Assembly: GCA_964016885.1 (NCBI GenBank)
Contig: OZ024740.1
Span: 368,714,001-368,778,000, forward strand
From: Eledone cirrhosa
Taxonomy: Eukaryota
DNA: 64,000 nucleotides
Reading direction: 5' to 3'
A program made the translations under genes and the position numbers. Positions 28,977-44,616 of this stretch are shown here, in pieces. The notes beneath the pieces were generated by a model, which was given only the letters and a program-made list of their open reading frames with translations, searched no databases and was not told the origin of the DNA. The first letter of the stretch is position 1, and each line of letters starts with the position of its first letter.

Positions 28977-31656
28977 TGAGCAGAGAGATTAGGTTGGAAA
29001 TGGAGAGTGGAGTCTGCCAGGCAAACAAGCCAGTAGGAAAAGGAAGGTGAAGAGGTTGAGAGAACGGAGGAACCATCCGAAGCAGACAATGATCTGAATG
29101 CTGAAATAAATAATACCTGGAACAAAGATACGGCCATTGAGGAGATGAATGCTGACGGGCTAGGACAAGAGTTGGCTGATATCCTAAACTTAGTGGTAGA
29201 TGAATTGAACAATGATAGTGGGAAACCTATGAACCTAAGATTGGTAGACAGGAAAAAGTTAAAAGAAACAACAGCTAAGGTAAACAAAGCTATCCCATAC
29301 CTTGAGGCTAGGAGCCTTCTCCAGTGCAACAATATCCTCAAAGCAACAGCAAATGCGGTGAGGAAATTACTTGGTATAAAAGCGAGAGGAAACAACAAAC
29401 AAGAAATATCAGAGCCTTGGTGGAAGAAACGACTGAATGGTCAAATCAGGGTAATGAGAAATGACATTGGAAAGCTTGAGTCCCTACGGAATGGGACACT
29501 AAAAAACATAGATACTAAAAATAGACTGGAAATAAAGTAGAAAACTAGGACGAAAAAGCTAAATATTATCATAGAGGAACTGAAGCAACGCATTGTAGCA
29601 AAGAGTGCAAAAATTAGGCGATACGAGAGCAGAGTCAGTCAGTATAGACAGCACTGCATGTTTGACAACAACCAGAAGATGCTGTTTGGACAGCTTGAAG
29701 GGAATGAAAGAGGCAACGACTTGATCCCTGAGGCGGAACAAAGTTAGACATTCTGGAGAGGAATATGGGGGCAGGATGTTAAACAGAAGGATGTTAAAAA
29801 AGAAGTCCCGTGGTACAAAGGGCCAGTTACTTATTGATAAGATGGTAATGAGGAATTGCAGGAGGAGACACACTGGTCTTGCCATGGGATGGATAGACTA
29901 CAAAAAGGCATTCGACATGGTACCTCATTCTTGGATAACCAAAAGCCTAGAGATCTTCAGGGTGGCAGATAACATCAGACAGTTGTTGAGCAAAAGTATA
30001 AAGTCCTGGAAAACAGAGTTAACATCGGGTGGAGAATTCTTGGAAGGCGTGAAGATCAAGAGAGGTATCTTCCAGGGAGACGTTTGTCCCCTCTGTTGTT
30101 TGTCCTTGGCCTGATCCCCCTGACCATTATACTGCGAAAAGTGAGAGAAGGATCCAAGTTGGGAAATGGAGAGCTTACCATCAATCACCTCTTCTTCACG
30201 GACGATCTGAAGCTCTTCGGGAGGAGTGAGAAGGAGGTGGATGTGCTTGTTGACACTGTCCGTATTTTCAGCAATGATATATGTATGCAATTTGGTATTA
30301 GTAAGTGTGGACTCCTTGTGATGAAGAGGGGTATATTGAGCAGAAGCAACGGAATCCAGGTACCGACAGGTGAGATAATAAAGGAAATTGATACTGAAGA
30401 AGGATACAAATATTTAGGTGTTCTAGACGCTGATGACATCAAGAACAAAAAAATGAAGGAATTGATAAGATCTAAATACTTTCGGAGAGTAAGGAACGCA
30501 TGAAAGTCACATCTGAACAGTAGCAATGACATAAGTGCAGTAAATTCCCGAGCTGTGTCTATTATTAGGTACAGTACGGGAATTCTGAGATGGAATGTTG
30601 CTGAACAAAAAAGAAATGGATAGGAAGACTAGGAAGCTATTGCCTATCTACAACATGTTTCACAAGAAGAGTGGTGTCGATAGACTATACTTAAGGAGAT
30701 CTGAAGATGGAAGAGGTCTTATCAGCATAGAGGATTGTGTTCAGATGTAGAAAAAGAACCTACACAAATACGTGACTGATAGTAGGGAGCCAATGGTCAG
30801 AATTGTACTGAAGGAGAAGACAATAGACCAGGGGATGACCAAAGAGGAAATAACAACAAGGAGAAAGAGCAACCTTCATGAAAAATCCCTTGATAGTACC
30901 TTCTTTGAGAAAACTGAATTTAGAGATCCACATACATGGAAATCGTTGAAAAGAGGACACCTTAAAAAGGTTACAGAAGGAATGCTAATGGCTGCGCAAG
31001 AGCAGGCCCTCACAACGAAGGGGCTGAAACACCATATTTACAAGGAGGAGGGTAGCCCACTGTGTAGGATCTGTGGAGAGAGAGAGGAGACTGGCTCACA
31101 TTGTATCCGAGTATAAACACCTAGCCCAGACTCACTATAAAGGCTGGAGACGTAATGCGATGCGCAAGGTGATCCACTGGCACCTATGCAAAGTAAACAA
31201 TTTACCACATACTCAGAAGTGGTATGAGGATAAGCCAGAGTCGGTGATTGAAAACCATCAATTGAAGGCGCTGTGGGATTTTAGGATACAGACGGACAAG
31301 AAACTGGAACACAATAGACCGGACCTTGTGGTTTTGGACAAGGGAAAAAAGATCGTGCCTGATTGTGCATGTGGCAAGCCCATTCGACACGAGAGTGCAA
31401 GAGAAGGAGAGGGAGAAAATTAACCGATACCAGGACTTAAAGTTGGAAGTAAAAAGGATTTGGAACTGCCATGAGGTCAAAGTGGTCCCGATTGTTTTAG
31501 GCGCAGTATGTACTATCTCGAAGAGTTTCCAAGGATGGTTAAAGAAAAATGGTCCCGCCCCGCTTTTTGGAACACTTCAAAAGGCATGCTTGCTGGGAAC
31601 AGCAAGAACCCTCCGATACGTCCTGAACAACAATAATAATAATAATTATAATAATG

Positions 31657-31705
<49 letters not shown>
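28977..31705 (+). mobile_element. 5'-truncated, decayed R4/Dong-like family B copy 2
   Basis: ORF pieces 29145-29540, 29776-30114, 30084-30503, 30772-31116 and 31073-31630 are homologous to 15149-18210. There is an internal deletion at about 29790 and (AAT)n from 31630. Confidence 0.93.
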
Positions 31706-31777
31706 AAGCCCCGGCACCACCACCGACATAGCCAGCAGCAATAACAGCCAACTACAACAAAAAGTATATTATATTAT

Positions 31778-31828
31778 TGTAATGCACTGGGTGATTGCTG
31801 GCCTTGTCCCTGGAGTGGAGACAATTAT
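31778..31828 (+). mobile_element. SINE 3'-tail fragment
   Basis: gtaatgcactgggtgattgctggccttgtccc..gacaatt matches the tail of the SINE at 21330-21377. Confidence 0.65.
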
Positions 31829-31914
31829 TAATAATTTCATTCTTAAGCCACGCAATGCTCACATTAAGGAACCACTCATGATAATAACAATTTAAAAAAA
31901 ACAACAAAAAGAAA

Positions 31915-34900
31915 ACCCCGTGACCAAGAAATACCGGGATGGCGGCCGGCGGGGAATAGCCATGTCTCTAGGGGAGAACGACCCCTCTACTCATGGTTGA
32001 CACTCGTTCTAGAAGTGGTAACACGAAAAGATTACCCCTTGGCGGATAAGGATAAAACGCGACAAAATAAAGTAGATGTCTAATGATGAAATCTCATACC
32101 GGATCGGCCGTCACCCGGGTAAAAAAGGGCCGCGTCCCTCAGAGAGGAACCAGACTGGGGTCGAAAAATCAGCTAATGGTTCAAACCTTCCCATCACTTC
32201 GGAGCTGGAGACCTCCCATAACCGGAATACTCCTACTGTTGGCCCTCCATGCTCACCACCAAGAAATCCAAAGAAAAAGAGAGAAAAATGGTCAAGGGAA
32301 GATAATAAAGAAGTCCTTGAGGCTTTCTACACTGCCATGTACTACCCATCAAATACATCGAATACAGAGCAAACATATATCAACTGGAAAAAGAAACATC
32401 CCGAAAACAGAGGCTATATTGACAGTAACAAACTAGCCAATATACGAAGAAATATTGTAAGAAAAAAGTTACTAACTGATATAGAAATTGATCAGATCAA
32501 GCTAGTAGCACAAAGTCAGCGAATGGAAAATGAAGCATGTGTCAGTGAAAACGAGGTAAACTGTAACACTTCGAATCCCAGAGTTGGGGCGGAATCACTG
32601 GCAACAGAACAAATTAAAGAAAGGAGCGAAAAAGTGGAGGGAGTGCATGCTCAGGATGAAACTCCAAATGAAAATAATGAGATCGTAAATGATAAAGAAA
32701 TGAATGAGAATGAACTTGCCAACTTGAAGGATGAAATTATGATCGAATGGAGGAAAATGAAAGAATCTGACATGGGGGAACGAGACACCCTCCCTAAGAT
32801 CCAGAACTCCAAACAGAACCAAAAGATAATACACAAGACTAACATAATTCTCAAAAACATTATCATCACAAACAAAATAAACATTACTGACTTAAATCAT
32901 CTCTATTATGCATCGGCTAAAGTCACCACTCACTTATGTGGAGTGAAGATGAAAAAACAAAGGAATTCCCACAAGAAATCTACTTGGCAAGATAACATCA
33001 ATCGCCAAATAAACCTTCTCCGATCTGACATAGAAATTTTAACAAACTATAAAGTAGGTGAACATGTTAAACAAACTAAACTTAGAAAATTGAAAAAAAA
33101 AGTACAGTATAAGATCAACATGTGACATAGACATGTTGATAGAAACAATCAAGCAAAAAGTGTCGGCCAAAGCTGTTCGTATAAGGCGCTTTGAAAAACG
33201 ATCTAGATTCTATAAGGACAATAATATGTTCAAAATCAACCAAAGAAACTTCTACAGAAAAATTGGTAAGTCAACAATAACTGCTAAATCAATACCACCC
33301 AAGGAGGAAGTGCAAGAATTCTGGGAAAAGATCTGGGCCGAAGAAAAAGTTCATAACATACATGCCCCATGGATAGACAGACAAATGAAAGAAACAGCTC
33401 ACCTTGAAGAACAAACATGGGAAAATATAACAGTTGAACAGCTGCGCTTGGCTCTAAGAAAAACCAGCAAATGGAAATCCCCAGGAAAAGACAAAATACA
33501 AAACTTTTGGATAAATGCCTTCACAGAGTCTCATGAGCTGTTAGCCCAACTTTACAATGAAATAGTTAAGGAGCCAGAAAAGATACCATCATGGCTAGTT
33601 AACGGCATTACATTCCTGCTACCGAAGAATGATGAGACAAACAATCCCAAAAATTACAGACCGATAACCTGCTTGACCACAATGTATGAAATTTTAACAT
33701 CAGTCCTAACTGAATACACATATGACCACCTGATAACAAATGACCTATTTCCCATTGAGCAGAAAGGGTGTAAACGAGGCTCATATGGCTGTAAGGATCA
33801 GCTTCTGGTTAACAAAATGATACTGGAAGATTGTCATAATAGACACAAAAATCTATCGATTGCTTGGATAGATTATAAAAAAGCATTTGATAGTTTGCCA
33901 CACAGTTGGATTGAAAAATGTTTAGAGATTTTCAAAATATCCCCCGTTGTCAGGAGGTTTTTGTCATTCAGTATGAGGACATGGAGAACGACACTCCTTT
34001 TGAATAGTGAAACAAAATCACTGGAAGCTGGAGAAGTTAACATTAATTGTGGAATTTTTCAGGGTGACTCTTTATCACCGCTTTTATTCTGCATCGCACT
34101 TATACCATTAAGTAAAATGCTCAATGAAACAAAACATGGATATAGAGTCTATGACAAAACCATTAATCACCTGTTCTACATGGATGACCTGAAACTATTT
34201 GCAAAAAATGATGAACAATTGCAAGGGCTATTATCCACTGTGAAGCAGTTCAGTGATGACATTAAAATGGAGTTTGGACTGGATAAATGCGCCAAAGCAA
34301 CGTTCACCAGAGGAAAGCTGCTGAAGAGTTCAGACATTAATCTTGATCGGGGAACGTGATAAGAGAGCTTGATCAAGAACAAACTTACAAATATCTAGGT
34401 GTTTGTGAAGGAGACGGAATCAAGCACTCGACAATGAGGGAAAAGATAAGGAAGGAATGTTACCGCAGAGTCAGAGCAATCTTAAGAACGGAATTGAATG
34501 CAAGGAATAGGATCGATGCCATAAACACGCTTGCCATACCAGTAGTAACCTACAGTTACAATGTCATCAACTGGTCAAGCACAGAGATCCGTAGGCTCGA
34601 TACAAAAATCCGAAAATTCTTAACCATGCACAGAATGCATCACCCTAAGGCAGACATAGATAGAATATATCTCCCTAGGAAAGAAGGAGGACGTGGGTTA
34701 ATCCAGTTAGACATTGCGTTGAAAACTGCAACAATTGGATTATCCACATATCTAAGGGAATCACATGATTGGATGATCAAACTCGTTTTGAAACACGAAA
34801 GCACCAAAAGATCATATTCCATTACAAAAGATGCACAAAGATACAGTAATGGACTACAAATTTCAGAAGTCCCATTTACTGCTGAAATGGAAAACACAGA

Positions 34901-35884
34901 AAAAGCAAAGCAGGTAAAAGTAACTGCAAAGAAAGAACTGCTACAGAAACTGGCTAAGAAATGGCAAGAAAAGCCTCTGTATGGAAAATACCCAGAGCGA
35001 GCTAACAATCCTGATGTTGACAAAACTTTAACCCATCAGTGGTTGGCATCCTCTGGACTGAAATCGGAGACTGAAGGACTGATTATATCCGCACAAGATC
35101 AGTGTCTGCCAACAAAAAATTACCAAGCCAACATAATAAAAAATGGGTGCAGCCCATTATGCCGTGTATGCAAAAAACAACCAGAGACCATTGACCATAT
35201 AATTTCAATGTGCAGTCCTATAGCTCCAACCGAATACCTAAACAGGCATGACAGAGCTGCACAATACATACATTGGATAATGTGTAAGCATTTTGACCTG
35301 CCCCATCAAAAGAATTGGTGGGAGCATCAACCACCTCCCATACTTGAAAAAGATCACATCTCAATCTTGTGGAACTTTAGCATCCAAACAGACCGAAAAA
35401 TAGATGCAAATAGACCTGATATAATATTGAAGGACTTTCAAAGGAGGGTATGCCTGCTAATTGATATGTCTGTTCCAATAGACAAGAATGTATCTATAAA
35501 AACATTTGAAAAATTGAGCAAGTATAAGGACCTGGAGATAGAAATTGGAAAAATGTGGAAATTGAGAACTAAAACAATACCAGTGGTTGTAGGCGCTCTG
35601 GGAATGATACCTAAGGGGTCTAACGACTACTTATCGCAAATCCCAGGAAACCCGCGTATAGGAGAAATACAAAAGATAGTACTAATGGGAACTGCCCATA
35701 TACTAAGGAAGATCCTGTCAATATAAGTACATCACAAGTCTAAACACTAAGTATGCATGTGTGAATATGTATGTTCTTTCTTGAACATGGCGGACCTTGT
35801 TGTCTCTTGAGGTCACTGGTTGTGACTTGGTGATAACTCCTTAAACATAAAGCAAGATAAATGCAAATAATAATAATAATAATG
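31915..35884 (+). mobile_element. Near full-length R4/Dong-like RLE retrotransposon, family A copy 3
   Basis: 5' UTR, one long ORF split by two homopolymer frameshifts, a 3' UTR shared with copies 1 and 2, and an (AAT)n tail. Confidence 0.96.
32076..35726 (+). pseudogene. RT + CCHC zinc knuckle + restriction-like endonuclease polyprotein (about 1215 aa if two frameshifts are repaired)
   Basis: ORFs 32076-33125, 33133-34359 and 34356-35726: KWSRED N-terminal motif, [31 protein letters not shown]...C, RHD, RPD..D..K. Confidence 0.93.
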
Positions 35885-36077
35885 ATTTCTTTATTAACCA
35901 CAAGGGTTTACATAAAGTAGACATTAATGACAGTACAGGACAATAGAGGAAGGTACAAATGGGCATTTCTGCGTGTAAAAAACAAAAACAGAGGATGTAA
36001 CAAAAAAAATAACAATGAATAATTTCCAAATAGGGAGGACATTTGTGGAGAAAGCCCATTAAAAGGCCACAGTGACC

Positions 36078-36078
<1 letters not shown>
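35885..36078 (-). mobile_element. Short 3'-end fragment of another retroposon within (AAT)n
   Basis: Reverse complement ends ..CCCTTGTGGTTAATAAAGAAAT followed by (ATT)n, and the fragment is bounded by AAT repeats on both sides. Confidence 0.45.
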
Positions 36079-36134
<56 letters not shown>

Positions 36135-37514
36135 GAAGAAGAAGAAGAAGAAGAAGAAGAACTCTCAATTAAAATATGACAATGTAATACTATTTTTCGT
36201 ACTCTATAACTAACCTTTGTTTGACATTCTCCTCACAATGCAAACCTACATAATATTTACACAATAAGAAGCAATGCAGACAATAAAATGTCTATTTATG
36301 AACGATGGGATGAAAAGATTTATAGGCACCAGTCTGCAGATAATACATATAACCATTCTTTAAAAAGCAGGATTGACAATTGTTTAGATTGAAAATCTAA
36401 ATTCACGAGAAGAAATATATCAAACCTTTCCACGAAGAAATTTTCATACAAAATCCAAAAATGTCTTTGTAAAAAAAGAACTGGTTGTTGTCAGCAACGA
36501 CCTAATTCATTTAACATAGATTGAGATCAAGAACAGAAAAAAATCGATTGGCTACGCTCTCTATAGCCGAAGTGACAAATATTTTAATCAACTAAAAAAG
36601 TATCTAAAATGTGGTATTTAAATACACTTATTTGAACGATCAAATGAAGCCAAGACAAACAAGTATAACAGAATCAACTGCAACACATACAACAAAAATG
36701 TATGCAGAAGCACTAGTACAAAAAAATACATGTCACTAAAAGCCCTCATACAACCATACATGATCAAACGTAGAAACACATATACAGATTTCTCTTTCTA
36801 TATATCAAGTTTGAGTGGTTGATCCTGCTCGTGTCCTTTGCTCTCTTCCGGTGCAATGACATCGCCATTCTGTCAGTTGGAACCGGGTGGCTGGCAAACA
36901 AATAAATAGTGAGTCGTACACACACACTTAATATATATCTATTCCTTTATTTTACACTTTTATTATTGTGGTATTCTTATTAGGGTTCATTATTGTGGTA
37001 TTCTTACTAGGGTTGAACATATCAAGCATGGTAACACTAACTTTAGTTCATTTTACTTAATCCATATTCTTTCAATTATTCTCCTCTGTCTTTTACACGG
37101 AAGATCAGTCTTTCAAAATGTTATCCTCTTGATCCTGTTTCTACCGTCTTTGTCATGATATATATATAAATGTATGTATAGACTGAACTTCCTTTTACTA
37201 TTATACAAACATGCATTTTCCATGTCATAGACGTATCCCCAAAACATACTGAAAAGGAATTTGTAGGAATTCCTATCCTATTAACAGACACACTTACATT
37301 GACATTGGCCCATACTATTCAAGCTTTCCAATGACACATACACGATGTTTACGAAAAGTAATCCGAATGTGAATAAGAAAAGAAGCCTGGCATTTTATAA
37401 CGGCATCAACAAATTAAAAAAATTAAACAAAATACTTCTAATATTTTAAATGTTTTCGTTTATTTTATGTTCCGCTAACGTCTATAGGTTGGCAGAACCA
37501 TTGTCATAATCACC

Positions 37515-38790
<1,276 letters not shown>

Positions 38791-38903
38791 TTTAAAGTGC
38801 CCAGAAGTTCCTCTCCTTTGAGCACATTATTTACAGGGAACGGCGAGAGTCTATGGCTCCGTTAATGTATCGTGATATATATATATATTATAAACATGAT
38901 GAT

Positions 38904-39092
38904 AATTGTTTCTACTTTTCGCACAAGGACAGCAATTACCCAGTGCATTACTGGTACTTTATTTTATCGACCCTGTAAGGATGAAAGGCAAAGTTAACCT
39001 CGGCTGATTTGAACTCAGAATGGAAAGGGTTGTAACTCTTTGCGTCAAAGCATGGCGTCCGACCCTCTACCGATACTGCCAATCCACCGCCC
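38904..39092 (-). mobile_element. tRNA-derived SINE
   Basis: Same family as 5872-6060. Confidence 0.88.
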
Positions 39093-39289
39093 TATAATGA
39101 CGGCAATAATAATAAAAATGATAATCAAAAAGAAATAAAGAATATGGAAATAGGAAATATAAAGAAAAAAATGATAAAGAAAGAAGAAACAGAACGGGTA
39201 AGAGAAGGTTTAGCAGGAGCTCTGCTGTTGCAGAAGAGAGGGGGTGAAGGCGGAAGCGGAGGAGGAGTGGGCTAAGGGCAAGAGAGCAA

Positions 39290-39640
39290 TTGCTGCACCT
39301 CGCGGACTGCAAAAGCGGACGATGGCCAGTGAAACGTGCTGCAACAGGCACCCAACCTTGCGGAGCTGCCTCCTCAGATCTTGCGGAAGCTCGTCAGCAC
39401 GGGGTCCACGTACACCTGCGGCCTCGACGGTGTCCTGTGCAAACAGGAAGGTTTCGGACAAACCCCGTTATTTGTTTATTTTACGCTATTCTGTGAGGCG
39501 GGCCGCGATGTCGGGGTTTGTGTCCAGAGCGACTAAGCTGGACGCGGAGACGTGTCACAGCAGGTGGCATCCCAGATGAGGGTACTATTTCCTTCGAATA
39601 GGAAGAGGGTGATTCTGTCGGGGCGATTGCCATCTCCGCA
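39290..39640 (-). mobile_element. Decayed CRE-like RLE C-terminal fragment (distinct, older family)
   Basis: GDGNRPDRITLFLF..LIWDATC.DT and ..VEAAGVRGP..LLQHVSLAIVR. Confidence 0.7.
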
Positions 39641-40287
39641 AAGTTTCACAAATTGTATGGGCGACCATTGGTTTTGGGGTCCAATTAACGCCACCACTGT
39701 ATATTGAAGAGGCACTTTAAAACTGGTCCATCATCGGGTACAGGGTCAGATATATGAAAAGGGAAGACATTTTCACCTTCAATGTTTGCTCTAAACAGCA
39801 GATATATTCATATTTGAAACAAGGGAGGCAAATTTGACATGGAATCAGTTTGTAGGCTAATCTTTTGAGTTTTTGTTTTAATATTTGTTTACTATCTGGT
39901 AAAAAGGTGATGAAGGGAGGTAATACTTTTCTTAAGGTATTTTGTAAGTAGGTTAAGAAATTAATGTAAAATCATATTAGATGAAACATAGAAATAATTA
40001 TATATATGTATATATTAGTAGAACTTAGTAGAACACTGGAGGCTTATATCCGTAGTAGTAGAGCACTCAGTCCATGGGACGAATTTGATAGAAGTAGTTC
40101 CACAACAGTTACTTCACTATACCGAGAACAAATGTTTCACCCTATGCGGATCCTCCGAGCTAAGAATCCGTATAAGGTGAATGCAACAAATTATAAAAAT
40201 AAAATCTTACACAATTATGTACACACGCCCGCTTATAGATGCATACTTATGCACACATCCATAGATACACGTATAGACGCGCACACA

Positions 40288-40393
<106 letters not shown>

Positions 40394-40549
40394 CGTGTGT
40401 GTGTGTGCGTGTGTGTAAGTATTTCAGGGCGAGGCGTCTATATAAGGAGACGTGCAAGTAGAATCCTTGTTTCAACGGATCCTGGATTATAACTACATAA
40501 TTTGCTTGCACTTAAATCAGCAGCGTACATTGCGTCACTTTAGAAAATG

Positions 40550-40910
40550 ACCCCGTGCTGCTAAAAAGAAACTATTCAATGTCAGTATCGGTCTCCACCC
40601 ACGGTGCGTATTGTAACCTCTCTGTTCATTATTTTCATGAACAGGATAGATATGCGCAGCCGTATTAAATGTAGGTATCAGGACTGGCATGTGTGAAATC
40701 AGTCCGCTTGAATTTGTAGACGACATAGTGTTACTTAATTCAACAGAAGTTAATCTCCGACATGCACTTGATGGGTTTGATGCCGAGTGGTAAATGGCTA
40801 GATTGAAAATTAGTGTTGTGAAAACTGAAAGGGAATAAACATAGTTTCCGAAGAAACGTACGGAGAAGCCTTTCGTCATCAGGGAAGTCTATTCTCAGCT
40901 AAGTTTCCAG
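40550..40910 (+). pseudogene. RTE-type LINE reverse transcriptase relic
   Basis: Across frameshifts: FNVSIGLH..CVL.PLLFIIFMNRI, FVDDIVLL, LKISVVKTE. Confidence 0.6.
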
Positions 40911-41288
40911 GCAATGCGTGGACACAGGGAACTTATACAAAAATAATTCAGTGGATGGAAAAAAGCAAAGCGTGGACTAAGTTCCAAGCCATTGAAAAAA
41001 TCACTGCCTACTGCGTTGGTGGCAAATTCAAAAGAATCAATCACGTGACATCGAGGCTAATCAGTGAGGAGTGTTTTGTTAAGAAGACAGCAGCCGAACC
41101 GTTACTATGAACTATAGTAGCAGTTTTGGCCAATATTGGCTCGACAAAATAATTTGGAGATAATTATTTTACGTCTTTCATATTATTATTCTGCATCCCA
41201 TGCATTGAACCACATCGTTACTAAAACAAATCATATATATTTGCTGGCATAGGTATGCATCTGTATATATATGTTAGTAGATATACTA

Positions 41289-41350
<62 letters not shown>

Positions 41351-42059
41351 ACAAGGAACATGTGTGTCATAATCAAATACAGAAATCTTTATCATGCGTG
41401 ATACAAAGCAAGCGGGTATAAGCAAGAGCAAACGATTAGTTTATTGTATGTCAGTACATTTCTAATAATTTTTTACAATGGAGCAAATATGTCAGAATCT
41501 TTACCTATTGATTATATTGATTTCGTGGAATTATTCTATGGAATGTAAATTGTTTAATTGAATTACCTATATTTCCTTTAAGTGTGATTCGAATAATCTT
41601 TGTCAGATTTACTAGCATGTCTAATTAGTACAAACAAACATTTTCCATGTCATAATTGTTAATTTATTTGATGTTACCCCTGAATGTAAGCGAAACTGTT
41701 ATTTACAAAATGTGTTGATGATCACTATGATGCCTTATTTTGCACGGAATATCCGTTGATATGGCTTTTTATTGTGCACTTCTCTTCAAATCAATCGATA
41801 CTAAAGCGGTAGTTAATTATTGTATTATTTTCGAGCTATATATGTGAGAAGTTCTTATTAATTATTTTTTTGTTTGTTGCAACTCGTCATTATTTTATGT
41901 CTTATTAACTATATTTCCATTAATCAATCTCCAGCAAGCAGAACTATGATTTAATTACATGAGCCGTGACCACCTTGTAATGTTTTTTCTGTTTTGAGTA
42001 TCTGCTGTTTCATATCAGCCTTAAAGAAACAGCCTTTTGGTACAAAAAATTAGCAAAAC

Positions 42060-42640
42060 GACGAAGCGCAACGCATAGTTGCATTTCTGCAACGCATAGT
42101 TGCATTTCTGCAACGCATAGTTGCATTATCTTATTCAAAGACATTCTGAAATGCAGTGATGAATCGTACTGTTCGAACATTTAGCTCATTTTCAAATATT
42201 ATGTCGTTTTTGTTACGGTCAGTGGTAGGCTCAATCGTATTTTAAGATCAGTTGTGTAACAGTAGATTCTATAGATGCTATTTATTATCTGTTGACGTTA
42301 AGCCAAAAGAAAATCAACTAGGTTGCCCCGCAACATCAAAGTCATACTGGATGCTACCTTTGACTACCGAGGCGTTGTGCTTTATGAATAGGCACCGAAG
42401 CTAAAACGAATTGTAAAATGGTATTACCAGAAATTCCTCTGAATCTTTGTGATGCACTACGGCGAAAGGCATGGGACCACTGGGAATCGCAACACTAGCA
42501 GTTACATCATAATAAGGAAGCGGTGCACTCGTTACAGCTAATCCAAGGTTTTCAAAGTTTTCGCTCTCCTTCGGTCTCCCTACTCACCAACCTAGACATC
42601 TTTCTCCCTAGCCATGGCTTTTTCTGTTCCTTAGCTAATC
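42060..42640 (+). pseudogene. Mariner-family transposase relic
   Basis: Across frameshifts: IKVIL..FDYRGVV.YE, YYQ, LCDALRRK..W, QLHHN..VHS, PYSP..F. There is a 20-bp triple repeat at 42066-42126. Confidence 0.7.
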
Positions 42641-43536
42641 CGAAACTGGATGATACCACCGAATAGAACCCGCGGTGGTATCGTAGAACGCATATTCTGG
42701 AATGTTAGAATGAAGATGGGAATCAATCCGGACGGATCAGTGAGTTACGAATGTGTTTAGTAATTGAACCCCAGCACATACATATGCTTTCCCGCCTATG
42801 GTCGGATACGTATTTAATCAGACCTAATACATAACGTATTATTGGTAAAACAGATGTATTGACATATATATTTTCTGTACATTAACCACTCTGCTTATTT
42901 GCAATCTATTACTTAAAAACTTTCCCTTTTAATTTATTTTTCATTTGTGTGTTATACTGAATCTTGATAATTGAAATATTTTGTGTTATTACTGCTTCCT
43001 TCATTACAGTGATATTAATGTTTTAATCATGCAGCAATCTTCTATTTTGTTACGCCAATTTTTTAGAACCCAACACAAATTTAACATGTAAATGTGCAAC
43101 ATTACTTCCTACATACTCTCACATTAAATATTCATACCTTTTTCGATGAAAGTTGTATTAGTTCTCTTCTAATTCTAACTGAAGACCTATGAGAAAAATA
43201 TTAGTTTCGCTGCGTTACATTATCATTATTGTGTTTTCATTCCACTACCGGATTAGTGCTCTGCGTGATGAATGTGGTATAAAGTGTGATGTGATACTTA
43301 CAGGAAAAGTCATATCACGAAACAAAAACAGCAATTAACAACATGTCTAAAGAATACGTTTATTAGAAACACAACAGCAACAAATGAAAGAGAACTACCG
43401 TTTTTGAATACGCAATAATGAAATGGGTACAGCCAGAGTCACGATCAACAGAATTCACGAAATAAAAGTCACATGTCAATATTTGAACATGTCAAATATC
43501 ATATGTTAAACGCAATATTTCATGCAGTGTGATACG

Positions 43537-43597
<61 letters not shown>

Positions 43598-43721
43598 GGG
43601 AGGGTCATATTTGCGTAATATTGCCAGAATTAATAACAGAACACACTCACTGTTTGGTTGGTTTTCGCTTCTCGCTGTCTTTTATATATATATATCTGCG
43701 ATCTAACTAATTCATCGCCGC

Positions 43722-43826
<105 letters not shown>

Positions 43827-44047
43827 CGTTTCTGAATTTGTTTAGCAAGATTCTTTATCTGAAATCGTGTGTTGAAACCGATATTGTTATACTTTGGGAG
43901 GGTCATGTTGCCAATAAGAAACACACGCACCAGTTGCTTTCACTTCAATTTAATTTATTAAATATTTATAAGTTTACAAATTTATAAATTTATAAATTTC
44001 TGGTTGGTTGGTTGGTTCCACAACCAGATAGTTGTTTATATATATAT

Positions 44048-44092
44048 AGTCATAGTTCTTTCGTCACACACTCTGTGACCTCTTCAGTGACT
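44048..44092 (-). ncRNA. Minimal hammerhead ribozyme (inverted copy)
   Basis: Reverse complement of 44315-44359. Confidence 0.7.
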
Positions 44093-44314
44093 GGGGATTT
44101 CTTTCTTCGTTTCTGTGCCTTTCCTTTCTTCTATCCTACGCCATTTTGTTTGTGTGTGGGTTGCGTGCTCAGTTTGCGCATGCGCCACATCCGGGTGTCT
44201 GTGTGTGTGTTTGTGTTCATTTTTCTATTTTTCTATTTATATTTTTTTTATATACAAACAAAATGGCGTAGGATAGAAGAAAGGAAAGGCACAGAAACGA
44301 AGAAAGAAATCCCC

Positions 44315-44359
44315 AGTCACTGAAGAGGTCACAGAGTGTGTGACGAAAGAACTATGACT
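44315..44359 (+). ncRNA. Minimal type-I hammerhead ribozyme
   Basis: AGTCA CTGAAGA G GTCAC AGAGTGT GTGAC GAAA GAAC TA TGACT. Confidence 0.75.
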
Positions 44360-44556
44360 ATATATATATAAACAACTATCTGGTTGTGGAACCAACCAAC
44401 CAACCAGAAATTTATAAATTTATAAATTTGTAAACTTATAAATATTTAATAAATTAAATTGAAGTGAAAGCAACTGGTGCGTGTGTTTCTTATTGGCAAC
44501 ATGACCCTCCCAAAGTATAACAATATATATATATATATATCTATATATATATATAT

Positions 44557-44616
<60 letters not shown>

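Noticed and set aside
28409-29398. 329-aa minus-strand ORF as a novel gene
   Set aside because: It is a chimera of antisense family B sequence and out-of-context CRE-like sequence across the junction at about 28977.
36800-36920. Possible host exon (also 21400-23500, 59000-60800 and 63620-63850)
   Set aside because: No recognisable protein motif or convincing splice pattern; short exons cannot be excluded without RNA-seq.
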